Origin: Octopus sinensis
Lineage: Eukaryota
Assembly: GCF_006345805.1 (NCBI RefSeq)
Contig: NC_043012.1
Span: 13,578,001-13,642,000, forward strand
Length of the DNA: 64,000 nucleotides
Direction of reading: 5' to 3'
The notes under the pieces were generated by a model. It had not been told where the DNA came from. It was given only the letters and a program-made list of their open reading frames with translations, and ran no database searches. Made by a program: the position numbers and the translations under genes. Positions 51,101 to 64,000 of the stretch are shown here, one piece after another (position 1 is the first letter of the stretch; the number at the start of each line of letters is the position of its first letter).

Positions 51101-51239
51101 AAATAAGAAATGAGAAAGAAGACAATAAGAAAATATACAATCCCCAAAATTGATGTCTGTTTAAAAAATATTTTCGCCATGACTTCAGTGATACTAAAAT
51201 CCTATAAGCAATTTTTTGATTAAATATATATATATATAT

Positions 51240-51560
51240 CCATTGGTCCTCACACCTACTCCTTCACTAACTTTACCTTCTTTAAAACCAGAAACACGCA
51301 CATCTACTTTAACGTTTCCTGCTCTCATCCCTCCCACACCAAATGGGCTACCTCCTATTCCCAGCTTCTCCGCCTCCGACGCCTGTGCAACTGGGACCAG
51401 GGTTTCAAGACCCAGTCCCAACACCTGACCTTCTTGTTCATGCGTCATGAATATCCTTTCATCGTTGTCCAAACTGCCTTACCCGCGCTCATCGATAAGA
51501 TCACACTACGCACTCCCTCCTTTCCTACACCGATCCCCCTTCCCAGTAATTTCCCCCACA
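51240..51560 (+). mobile_element. Penelope-like RT C-terminal fragment
   Basis: HIYFNVSCSHPSHTKWATSYSQLLRLRRLCNWDQGFKTQSQHL..RHEYP..VQTALTRA matches the PLE motif SxHPxHTKxxIPYSQxLRLRRIC..RGYP. Confidence 0.8.
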
Positions 51561-51829
51561 CCTCTTCTAAAAAACATTTTTCTCAATCATATTTTTTATT
51601 CATTTATGTTTTTATTCCAGTATTTATTTTTTTTTACTTTTTTCATAATTTTTATTTGTTTACACATTGCGTGACTGATTCTACTTTTCTTACTATTTTT
51701 ATTTATTTATTTATTTCTGTTACTTATTTATTCACAAAATCCTTTTCATTTAGTTTCTTAAAATTACTAGTTTTTAATTTTCATTATTTACTTGTATTGA
51801 TTTTTATTTTTTATTCCTATACAACACAC

Positions 51830-52560
51830 CACATAAACGCCCACGCGCTAACGCATACAAATATACACCTCACACGTACACACACACACATCACATGCAC
51901 ACACTTACGCATACACCACATATGCGCACACATACACACACCACCGCGCGCGCACACAGCTACACACACACATAGACACATACGCATGCCCGCACACGTA
52001 ATACCCACACCGTTGGCTACACTAGCGCATCCGCACACACTATCACCTCACCCTCTCTCCCTCACACACAAGCCTCCACACACACAACGCATACACACAT
52101 GCACACATATACACGCACGTCTATACACTTCCACGTAAACTCACATGCACATAGATAAACACACACACACACCACACACGTACACACACAGCCACATCAA
52201 ACCATTCACACACCCTTAAGACCGCTTCAAACTGTCTCTGACTCTCTATTGACCCTTCCATATATGTACATATGCAAACAGACACACACACTGCCGCACC
52301 CATCAATTCACACTCCTTTTACTATAGCTGCTGACCTTTCAGAGCGACATCAACACACACTCACACAGATCCTACCCCATACCCAGACACACACGCACAG
52401 TCTACTCACACAAATACAAACACACACTCAGTTACTAATACACAATGACACATACCACTCTCGCAAACATACAGTTACCACCACACGAGCACACGCTACC
52501 ACGCACACACACACACACGTACTGTCTCTCACACACATACACATACGGATTATATTTACA
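51830..52560. repeat. Degenerate (CA)-rich tract
   Basis: Direct reading. Confidence 0.85.
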
Positions 52561-52691
52561 TTCACCTGGCCGAGAAAGCACTTACCCTGCATTCCTTCTA
52601 CTTCCGGTCACTGCAGAAATGTAACCTCACGTGGAGTTTGCCAACTTTTTCTTCCTCCTTTCTTTTTCCCCTGCTGACTTACATGTTTTCC

Positions 52692-52728
52692 TGTTTCCGA
52701 AGAAGAGCTATTTTCGAAACGTAAAACA
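52692..52728 (+). ncRNA. Minimal hammerhead-like motif (CCGAAGA core) in probable PLE terminal repeat 52570-52830
   Basis: UGUUU-CCGAAGA-AGAGCUAUUUUC-GAAAC-GUA-AAACA; perfect 5-bp helix I and ACGU palindromic helix III; helix II irregular. Confidence 0.55.
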
Positions 52729-54489
52729 ATTAGTTTCTGTATCTGAGCCTGCTACTAATACAGTTCTTGCGCCACGTCCTCACGTTTGCTTGTTTCTCCT
52801 TTCTCTTTTTCTTTTGTGAATTGACTATATGTGTGTGTGTGTGAAGGGCTTCTTTCAATTTCTGTCTATTCTCGTCGATAATGTTATGAAGCATAAACTT
52901 GTCCATGTGTTTGGTGAGTGTATATATATTGCGTGTTTCTTAGAGTATTAAGAGTTTTTACCTCGTATTTCTTGTAATATAGGTGCTTCAGTACACTCAG
53001 CCACAACTAGCTATATTTATCTACTCATCTCTCTCTATTTCTGTCTCCCCCTCTCTCTCTTTATATATATGTGTGTGTATGTGTGTATATGTATTATGTG
53101 TATATATATGTGTGTGTCAACGTTGATTTCTGGGTTCGATCCTGGATAGTGTTAGCTCAATATTTTCCCTTCATGTGTTTATATTTTAAAATTGTTGCTT
53201 CAACTCGTTCGCAAGTACATCTCTGTAATTCGGAATAATAAAATATTATTATGACATAATTATATAATTTTCTACAGTTCTTATTAAACTCCGAGTCTTT
53301 CAAAGTAGCTTTTTCCCCGCAACTTATAAAGCTTTTCGCGTTTGTTTATAAATATTATATGTAGTATTAGACAGTTTAAGTATATATTAAGGAAATTTGT
53401 CCGAAATTGATGGGTGAGCTTTTGACACAATCGGATGCGTTAGGAGCCATGTTAGCGTTGATTTGTGGGTTAGATTCTGATTCGAGTTAGATCATCATTT
53501 TTCAATCAATATTTTGTATTTAAACATTGTCGCTTCAAATCGTACATTATCAAATTCTTAATTCGGCTTTACCTTTTAATATTTATTTGGAACATTATAA
53601 CTATTAAGAATAAAACAGAGGAAGAACATACATGATAGACAGTTTTTACAATTATTTCTGCCTCATTTCATTATTTGTATAATTTATAGTTTTATAATTA
53701 TACATAATTATATATTCGTGCAGTTGCGTGTGCATTTGCAGATTTGTATTTATATATAATTTGTTTCAATTTAGCTAAAATTTAAAAAAGAAGGGGATAT
53801 AATGAGCTTCCTTTTATGATGATTTCGGGTTTAAACTTACAGTCTAATACTTTTTATTTTTCGAAAATATTTTGACATTTCAGAAAAACAAAAGAATCGA
53901 GGAAAAGCGAGAAAATGAGAAACGACAACATAGGTCCAGTAAAAGAACAAACAAAAACGGTCTGCATCCATATGTAAATGGAAAAACGTTGTTACAAGCT
54001 ATAATAGACGGAACAAAGACAGAAATCTCTCACATCAGCATTTATTAACGATTAATACAACGAAGAAAGCATTAAAATAGACTTGTCTTCTTAGCAATAG
54101 GAAGTAACAACAGTATCTATGATTGTCAATGTTCCAAGTGTACGTGTTTGGTAATAACTTGACACGTCGTAACAGCAAATATTCTATTGATAGATAAGTG
54201 ATAAAGAGAACGTTGATTGTTTATTTCGTTTGTTATGTATTCAGATAGACTACGTCTAAGTTCCTTTAGAAGTGTGTGCGCGCGTGTGTGCAGAAACTTC
54301 TGTGTGTGCATGTACATGTATGTGTATGTTTATGCTATGTTTTATAGTATATAGAAATTTGTAAATGAGTCTGGGACATTGCTCAATCAAATAAGATTAC
54401 AACATACAACTAAATATACATACATTGGTAAATATACTCTCATACACACACACGCACACGGAGACACGCACAAACACACATACATACAC

Positions 54490-54503
54490 AGATAGATAGA
54501 TAT

Positions 54504-54536
<33 letters not shown>

Positions 54537-54537
54537 C

Positions 54538-54581
<44 letters not shown>

Positions 54582-54585
54582 GAGA
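54490..54585. repeat. (GATA)n
   Basis: Direct reading. Confidence 0.95.
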
Positions 54586-54651
54586 TTATGTGTTTGTGTG
54601 TATGCATGTATATATGTATCAATACACACGCATATATTCATATATACGTAT

Positions 54652-54711
<60 letters not shown>

Positions 54712-54719
54712 TTATATTA

Positions 54720-55101
54720 TCTCTCTATATATAAACGGCAGTTTGTCTGTGCGTGTTTCTGTGTGTCTGTTTGCTTGTACCCTCACCCTGACCATGGCTT
54801 TCAACCGATTCTGATGAAACTTGACACACACATAGCCCAATGTCATAATTCAAAACTAACGCAGCGAAAATTTTGAAAAGTTCCCCCAGTTCTGAAAAAA
54901 ATCAATAAATTCGACATGGGGTCGAGAATCAGAAACACAAACCACAAAATGTCTAGGGGACGCAACTCCACCTTTTTTAACTAAAAAAAAATTTACCATC
55001 ATTTTTTTCCATTTTTTTGCTATTTTTTGGCTATAACTCTCTAAAAATGCTTTATAGTTATTTCCCTTACAAACCTGAGCAACGCCGGGCGATACCGCTA
55101 G
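54720..55101 (+). mobile_element. Complete non-autonomous Helitron (382 bp)
   Basis: A|TCTCTCTATATATAAAC start; CCTGAGCAACGCCGGGCGATACCGCTAG|T end; shares the 3' hairpin and an ATTTACCAT-ATTTTTTTCCATTTT segment with 48068-48911. Confidence 0.9.
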
Positions 55102-55544
55102 TATTATATATATATGCATGCATATATTCATATACATGTGTGTATGTTTTTGCTTATGTATGTATTCTGTTCAACGAGGTAAAAATGATTTTAACTTCAA
55201 TGTTTCAAAATAGCAGCCAATGAAAACGATAAATCAAAAACGATTTTCTTCTCTCCTTCGGTACATAATGCTTCTAACCGCAAGTTTGAAAATAAACAAT
55301 CTCCTCTGGCGTGATTGTCTCCCAGACTCCTTATCATTCTCGCTACAGTGCTTCAAATCCCGTGATTACATTGGTATACTTTTTACTATATAAAGTCTCC
55401 GTAACTAATATATTAGGAGTTACTATTTAGGGCTATATTGGCATTTTTGGGAATTCGGTATTCCCTTTTAAAATTTCGCAGTATTTCAAAATGTGTATGT
55501 ACGTGTGGGTGGGTGTGTGTGCAGGCAGATAGACAGACACACAG

Positions 55545-55765
<221 letters not shown>

Positions 55766-55789
55766 GTATGAATGTATGTTTGTGTGACG

Positions 55790-55990
55790 TAAAGACGCGT
55801 GGCTCTGTTATTAGGTTATTTGGCTCGCGGTCGTAAGATCGTGGGTTCTGTATCCGGTAGTGCATAATGTTCTTGAGGAAAACACTTTATTTCACGTCGA
55901 TGCAGTCCAATCAGATGGCAAAATGAGTTGTAACTTTAAATCAAAGGGCCATCTTGATCACATTTTCTGTCGTGCTGAATCTCTGAAGGA
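55790..55990 (+). mobile_element. Decayed SINE family 3
   Basis: AAGACGCGTGGCTC..TTAGG..GTGGGTTC..GTTCTTGAGGAAAACACTTTATTTCACGT..AAATGAGTTG resembles the reverse complement of 8117-8459. Confidence 0.6.
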
Positions 55991-58900
55991 ACTACATTAA
56001 GTGAATATTTGCTTAGAGTGTATTCAGCTAATTGCACGCCAATTTCACGAAGTTTTCCGTCGATCGGGTCGTCTGGAACCTTTTTAATCGTAACCGAATC
56101 GTCGGAGTGCCACTTGTTTGTTCATTTGTCTGTCTGCCGGTATGTATCTTTGTACGTACCTATGTATGCATGTATGTATGTGTATTTATATGCGTAATTG
56201 GAAAATCGAAAGATAGTAGCACTCAAATGTAGTCGGAGTTTTAGGTATATAGACCTCGATATCGAGGTCTAAATCAGAATGAATCTGATATCGATGTTCA
56301 TTAATGTTTATAATGATACCTAGCAGTTAATAAAATGAATGTGATTTTCTGCAACATTTTCTAGCTGAGCTGCGACAGTGCTGTTTCGTCGGATTAATAT
56401 ACCTATTTACGTTAAAATTCAAGGTAAACATATAAAATTGCCAAATACGTCGAAGTATGAGGAGGATGTATTTTGGTAGACATTACATATATGCGTCTAT
56501 GTCATGGATACACCAAAGAAAAAACTTATAAATATTTTCAGAGAACACGTTCTAACTATTCCTGTTACCGCAAGTATAATGAAATGTCCTCCCTCGAAGC
56601 AGGGGTAAATCAACTACACTTACAGAAATCCTAACGAAGAAATAGTTATATCCATAGATAATCCAATAACACGGCAGCTGTGAAATCAAACCAGCAAAAG
56701 GATCTCATATCTGTCGGTGGAGAGGGACATTCAACAACGCAGCACTTCCTTACAAGGCCTTCCTTACTAAGGATCAGCCACTATACTGATAAATTAATGA
56801 ATATATAGACTCCACAGGCCATCCTCAAACCCGACGTGAGTGAGAAGGTAAGATGATTTGCTTTAATAATATATTGACTCTAGAATTTACTCACTATAGT
56901 TGCCATAATGTCAATGTACTTTATTCAGGCTTAAAGTCATTATATTACATGCTTCAACAGATACAAATACACATTGGGGATCCTACCAACTGTCGAATGG
57001 GGAGATATTGCTTCTCTGTGGTTGTCGGCCTATAAAGCCACTCTTATACCATCCGATGACATCATGTGACATTACATAGGCATGCCAACCCAGTAAAGAT
57101 TTATACAGCACATGCTCTCCTTTAGGTGTAGGGAGTGTGGAATTTTCAACTCCATGTCCTTTTGTTTTAGCTGAAGCCTCCAGAATAAGGGAGAGAATTT
57201 CCTGTGCATCACAGAAAGCATCATTCCCAAGGACAGGGAAATGCAAGATCTAGCAAACAGAAATTTCACTCCTTCAACAGGCTGAAATTTACATGAATAT
57301 GAAAATGACCTATCCCATTCCTTCACAAATGGTACGATGATAACCCGGGAAAGCTACCGCAAGCCGAGCTGGAGCAGCAATCGAGAGACATAATCCCTAA
57401 CGCGTACAGAGCGATTACGCACCACTGTTACCCAGCAGCTTTAGCTGTCACACAAACTGATATGTAAGAAGATGCCGCCATTAGTATTTTCAGCCAACTC
57501 ACACATATATGCATGCACACAAGCACACACAAACACACACACACACACAGGCGCGCGCACTCATATATGTATGAAGTCACATGTTATACAATATTTATAC
57601 CCGTGTGCGCGTGAGAGAGAGAGAGTAAGAGAGAGAGGCAGGGACAGAGCGAGTACCCGCATTAGAGCATTTCTATAAGAGAACAAATATTTCACTCTTA
57701 ATTGCTGTTTAGTGAAATCAGCATAATTTTCTTTCAATATTTTGAAGTGTTTTGTTTAGCGCATTGTCTTTGAGATTCACCACAAAATTAGGCCCGAAAA
57801 CCAAAGCAAACAATATTTTGCGAACATGCTATGCTAAAACTGTGCTTTTGTATTTAAATTTTAAATTTCATTTCGACAATATTGCAATCTTGCAATTTAA
57901 TAGAACGTTTTCTTTTCCGATGCATTTCTTTTTCTCATGTTCTTACCTAGGGCTATTTAGATTGTGTAGGATTTTATCGCATGAAGTCTACGATTTTCAT
58001 TTCTTGGTATTTCGTTTCATAATTGTTACAATAAACCTAAAGAAATGTTGTTGGACTTTATTTGTTTTGGAACGCTTCTTTACCTCCCAGAGGGAAGAAT
58101 TAAATAGTCATAATATAAAAAATAGGTCTTCGAAAGTTTCCTTAATACAGTTCTTTTTAATCAATACCTCGAGGGAAATATTTTGTGCTAATTTCCCACA
58201 TCAATGGAGAAATAAATTCGGGGTTTTCTTCATTCATTACCTGCTCCATAAAATACTCGATAAAATGCTATTAAAATAACCCACACAATCCCGCATTTTG
58301 TTTTGCTAATAATTTCTTATTCAAGTTAGATATATAGTAAGTAGATATATAACAAGTAGAAAACATGTTACTTACCAAAGGAGGTGGGGAATTTCTTTTA
58401 TAAAGCTTTAAAATATCATAGGGATTATACGAGACTACAAACATTTCGCCAGTGAGAGGATAAAAAGTATGATATTTCTCTCGTGTAATCTCATTCTAAC
58501 AGTTTTATTGATGCTGGGATTGGTGTGGATAATCCTCAATATATTCATTCTCCTACTTTCAAAGTCGGTGAAATAAATGCCCAATCAACAGACATAGGCC
58601 TGAAAGACTATGGAACTGATTTTGTGTGTAATCTGTTATTTACTTTAGTTCCTATTCCATCCCTTCAATCACCAAATCAAATGTTGGAAATATAAGTAAA
58701 ATATTAAAAGAGAGTATTACATTTGTACTGAAAATGTGTGTTGAACTTAAAGTAGTCGAACACTTTAGAATTAATTAATAAGTTTAAAACTTAAAGAATA
58801 AGAATATTATATGGATGCAAACAAAAATTTTAACTATTACTCATCTATCTATTACGCGTATTTCCCTAAACAGCTCTTATTTTTGCTGTAAGAAATGACT

Positions 58901-60086
58901 CACAATTATTGAGACAGAATTTACATAATATATCAGCGACGATGAGAATTCTTATTCAATTCGAAAGTAAATGGTGGAGTATAAAAAAAAATTAAATAGG
59001 CCTAAGAACTTTAATATAAACATGGATCGAGGTACACAACAGAAGTTGCTCATCTCGAAGTTACTTACATATAACTGCATTAAAGGACAGTTCCCTGAAA
59101 TTTGCGTGGTTTAAATATGTATATATACCTGGATAATATTCTGTTCATTTTCAGGAAATGTAGTGGAGAACAAGGGCAGTAATGAAAAAGCTTAGAAATT
59201 TCATTAAGAACTTAGGACTGTTATGCTGAGAAAAGCTGTAATGCAGTTAGCTTTCAGGTACTGGAGCAGTATCTCTTATCGGGAGTATTTTATCAGCAAT
59301 TTCCAAACTTACCGCTAATGAGGAGATTTTCTCCCAAAATCCAAACTATTATAATATTGCTATAGATAAGGGCATATCCCCCAGCGCAACATTTACAAAG
59401 ATATAGACGCAACGATGTATCTCATCATGAAAAAGATAAATATCTTCGCCTATACATGAGGAGGAATATTATTACTCACATGATGGAACTCCTGCCGAGT
59501 TCTACACAAACACACAAAAATTAATTAAGGAATTGATATTCCATGGCGATGGGAATATTGATAAGTCTCCGGTTAAGGATGCAAACTGGCTAAACACTGA
59601 AACCTCATTTCGCATCTGGATGACGCGGCAACAGGCATAGTAGGAGTAGAAAGATTGCCTATAGATATGATAATTTTTTAGATGATATAGATCGACCATT
59701 CTTCGAAAGAAAGAGAGTGTGAAGAACAAGTCAGACTTCTCTCCATTATAAAGTAGAAAATTAGAATTATTGTAACCGTGAATGCATCTCGGAGGGAAGC
59801 TGGATGTCATTCCTTCCTCGAAGCTTCAAAGTTAGTTTATTTCAGATTTTAAAACTTAGTAATTACGTCTGTAAATGCAGGCGTTTTTTCATAAACTCAG
59901 GCGTTAATGAAGCCGAACACATACCAGTGCTCCAAAGTAGCGTAATCGAAAAGAGAAATTATATTGATTTATGCCTATCCAATTTTGATAGACGTTATGC
60001 AAATCCCCAGATTTCTTTCCGACACAAAAGTAAAGCTGCCATTTTTATGATCTAAAGACTAATATTTTTCAGCTTTAGTAGTAATG

Positions 60087-60140
<54 letters not shown>

Positions 60141-60191
60141 TAATAATAATAATAATAATAATAATAAGGATAATTATATATGTACACATAA

Positions 60192-60235
<44 letters not shown>

Positions 60236-60366
60236 GCATATATATTTACATATATATGTATGTTCTATATATAAATATGTGTGTGCTTTATACATACATT
60301 CATACGCAAACACACACACACACATATATACGCATATATACATCTGTATGCCTATATATACATATA

Positions 60367-60411
<45 letters not shown>

Positions 60412-60877
60412 GTACACAAACACGCACAACACACACACATACACGCATACATGGAGATTGAGTGAGAGCGAGCATAACCAATAATTAAGTATATTAATCG
60501 AAAAAGGAAGGACTTTTTTTCTTCAGCAATACTTACGTTTGCCTTTTACCATACATCAATAAATCCATGATTTGTGTCCCTACGTTTAATATCTTGTAAA
60601 GATTTAATTATTTTTGTACTACCTGAAATTGCAATAAATTACGTAGTCGTAATAGCAATATATTCGTTTATAATTTGTCGATATTTGAAGATACAATTGA
60701 TCTCTTGAAGTTGATGAATTGAATCAGTTTCAGTCTTCTGTTAATGTTAATGTTATTGAAATAACTACGATGGAATTTGCTTTTGACAGAACTGGGTTAT
60801 GAGATGAGATTAAAATTGGTGTCTCAAATGTATGAACTGCTTCCAGAATTTTGTATGAAATGTAAGCATTAATTATC

Positions 60878-60984
60878 CAACAGCTTTGTTTCCACGGCAT
60901 GTTCCCGCGGCATGTTCCCACGGCATGTTCCACGGCATGTTCCCACGGCATGTTCCAACAGCTTTGTTTCCACGGCATGTTCCG
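60878..60984. repeat. GC-rich minisatellite (CACGGCATGTTCC)n, six core units
   Basis: GGCATGTTC at 60896, 60909, 60922, 60934, 60947 and 60974. Confidence 0.9.
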
Positions 60985-62214
60985 CTATCCATTTAAATAA
61001 ATGTATTCGATATACAATAAACATATATTAACAAACAGTTTGTAACTTTATAATATTCTATAATAAAACACATAGAAAGTAGAAAGAAACAGTTTTAAAT
61101 TTCCCACAATTAGAAGATTTTGCAAAATGCTAGTTCTTCGATATTATGTATATATTCAACCATCCCGATAAAGTATAAGCAACATTACGTATATATGCAT
61201 TTAAATGCATGAAACTCCGGTTTTCGATTACAACATAGACTTCATGTGATACAAACATTAAATAGTAAAGGGAGAGTGTTAATTCCTACTATGTAATTCA
61301 TACGTGCATAGAGAAAGCAAACAGAATAATCATATCTTAATATTCAATGACATATAATGGTGTCTCATCAAGTTTTAGGCAAGAGAGGAATGTTTTTGTG
61401 TTTAATGTAACGCCTGGAAATTAACAATGCTAAGATTGATGTTAATGAACTACCCAAGCCTACACAATTTTCATTATTTCCTTCCCTCTCTATTCATTTC
61501 TATAATATTTCTACCAATATTAAGGATCACTTCTTTGCTGCCTTACACAATAAGCTGATGTCATGTGGCTTCAACAGAACTGCAATGTATAGCAGTAATT
61601 AACATGTCTGGATCAATAAAACAACCCATCTTCACAAACCAATCACATCTAACTATTGGAATGTCTGTTTCTCAATTTAAGACATTTCCATTTGAGTCCA
61701 AATCATTGGTGACGCGAAAACTACATGCAGTAGAGATGAACACCTGGTCAGGATTCCTATTAATAGTGGTACCCCTACCTCACAATAAGAACGTTATTCA
61801 CTCACTGTGATGATTCCTTCAATTTTACTTCAAAGCAGCAGAAAGAAAGGACTCAGATGAAAGTGCGTCGGCCATGAAGATAGGTTGCATATCCAACACT
61901 GTGCAGGCGCTGCAGTGGAAAAGACACTATAAATAACAGTTAAATAAAATTATGAATGTCACAAATCTCCGTTCTCCTTATCATTATTAGTACTTTTACT
62001 TATTCTACGGAACATATGTTGTCATGAACAGGAAACTCAGGTTTACCCAGCACAAAAAGTTACCAGATCCTCGCAACTTATTGTTAGCTCGGGTTGGCAT
62101 CTCAAATCGACTTGAAAGGAAGCACGTTTATTGCCAGGATAATATATCGCATTAAACCCAAATACCCACAACGTTTTAGATAGTCCGAGTCTATAGTGGA
62201 ATGCATTTTGCTCA

Positions 62215-62293
62215 ATTTACGAAGCAGTGGAACTGAACCCGGAATCACGTGGTTGGGAAGCAAGCTTCTTACCACACAGCCACGCCTGTGCCT
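62215..62293 (-). mobile_element. SINE family 1 tRNA-like head
   Basis: Reverse complement AGGCACAGGCGTGGCTGTGTGGTAAG..CAACCACGTG..GGGTTCAGTTCCACTGC. Confidence 0.8.
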
Positions 62294-63904
62294 ATGTGAA
62301 AAAAATATGAAATGCTTTACGAATTTGTGTGCCACGCTTGTGCAGGGAAGATGCTATTCTCTGCATCGTTCCAGTTTTAGTATATGTACAGCCGATAATA
62401 ATATCTACACTTCTCCTATTTCAAAATGTCGTGTTTCAAAATGACACCATTTTATTATATTACATGAAAATGTTAATATAAAATGCTACTCTAAACCAAT
62501 TTTTGTGTAGCCTATACAGAAGAAGAATTTCAATGTCCCCAACATTTTACAGTTCATGAAAACTGAGAACAAAGCACTAACTCAAGCACTATATTACGAT
62601 ATCGAGTTTTCCAGAAATATTCTGTTGTTTGGATACACAGATTTTGAAAAAAAAAACATACTAAAAATTTATAAGAAAAGCGTGTTAAAATACTATCAAA
62701 ATAATACAAGATTGATGAATATTGAGGGAAATGTCAAGTAGAATATTTCATTTTGTATTTGGTTTGCAGGAATCTTGACGAGAACTTGTGTGCTGAAGCA
62801 GATTTGTGTCTTGGGAAGGCTCCGTTATGGCAATAATAAACACACCCACAGGTTCTATTACATTTCGTTATTTTTAAATTCACAATTGCTTAACTTTTTT
62901 ACTATTTAAGAGATTGTTTGATGAATCCTTCGATCAATCAATCAATCAATCAATCGATCAATCAATCAATTAGCTTGTTTGATTGGCTGGGTATTTATCA
63001 GCTACTCATTTGATTAATTGGTTAATTGGCTATGCAACTGGACAAACACTGATAGAAAAGTGAACGTTGAAAAGTGTATTTGTTTATTATTGTTTCCAGA
63101 ACGACACTTCCGAGATACAAAATAATATCTCGATTAGAAGGATACTATATACTGTATGTTTTGCTGTCCCATCAACCTCGAGATGTACAATGGATTTTCT
63201 GCCTTGATTAGTTTATGTAGAAATTGTAAATCTATAAGTTAGCTTACTTGAAGTATCAGAGAGAATGAAACGCAGGAAATAAAATGAAATAGAAACAATT
63301 ATAACGAGTTGTCTGTAAAATGTGTAGATGTATTTGGATACTTTGTATGAAAGCACTAAAGTAGGATTATTTCACATACAAGGAAGTTGGGAATACCGTA
63401 TTGGATAAGACACAGTTTAGTAAAAAAAATCAAAGCGAATGGCGGGGTTCAAAGTGGAAAAGGGAAATGATCTGAGATAAAAGAATTAATATCCGTGACG
63501 TAACTAAAAGCTAAAGCTTGATGCTGCTATAAAATGTGTTATAGAGGCGTCGACGTTTCTATTATAGCTTACGAAGCAGATACGATGTACTTATAAGAAT
63601 TGCTCCCTGATTAGACACAAGCCAGTCAGTTGCCCAGGAGAAATAGATGGAGCCCATACATTGAGTGAAACATCAGTTTATTTCCTTGGGAGGGATGAAA
63701 AACAAAATTGATTTCAATGGATGGGAACATAGAAAGAATACAGTTGGAAGAGTTATCGCTGACCTAGCGTCAGGCGTAACAGTAGTGCTAGAATCCTTGA
63801 TCTAAATCTCAAACAGGAAAGTGAGGTTTGAAAAATGTCAGATCGTGACGTCACACGAAACATCGTAGCAAGTGAGTGATTAAGGAACATCTCAATAAGG
63901 TTTT

Positions 63905-64000
63905 CTGCTTGAGACTGTTCTTGATTCGACGATCATTCGGAATGCTCACAGCAGCCATATTCCTACCGCTCTATATCACGCTGGTGAGACCCATATTGGA
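63905..64000 (+). mobile_element. CR1-group LINE fragment running off the window end
   Basis: LFLIRRSFGMLTAAIFLPLYITLVRPIL(E) matches CR1 LGxIxRxF..LYxxLVRPxLEY. Confidence 0.7.

Noticed and set aside
57752-59420. 175-aa ORF and nearby Penelope-like words (e.g. ISKLTANEEIF..YYNIA)
   Set aside because: The ORF is AT-rich with no recognisable domain; the PLE similarity is too fragmentary to set boundaries.

Overview
Eukaryotic, very AT-rich, microsatellite-dense intergenic or intronic DNA. The SINE families and repeat make-up strongly resemble an octopus (cephalopod) genome; this is an inference from remembered repeat families, not a database hit. No intact host protein-coding gene can be supported, and most ORFs in the supplied track are microsatellite artefacts. 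The protein-like ORFs are decayed transposon pieces: R4/Dong-like non-LTR elements (restriction-like endonuclease, RLE) stacked in (TAA)n arrays, two Tx1/L1-like LINEs, CR1-like and RTE-like LINE ends, Penelope-like elements (PLEs), four Tc1/mariner relics and several Helitrons (one keeps a PIF1-helicase fragment). At least three tRNA-derived SINE families are also present. Main observations: (1) a dispersed set of minimal type I hammerhead-ribozyme motifs in 160-330 bp islands embedded in (TA)n microsatellites, two of them homologous with compensatory changes in a 12-bp helix II; (2) SINE 3' tails shared with a Tx1-like and a CR1-like LINE in the same window; (3) a ~555-bp non-coding retroposon found only in (TAA)n arrays together with Dong/R4 copies; (4) a tandem array of p53-type half-sites. 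All structures and alignments were read by eye. Nothing was computed or searched, and transposon boundaries are approximate unless terminal motifs are quoted.
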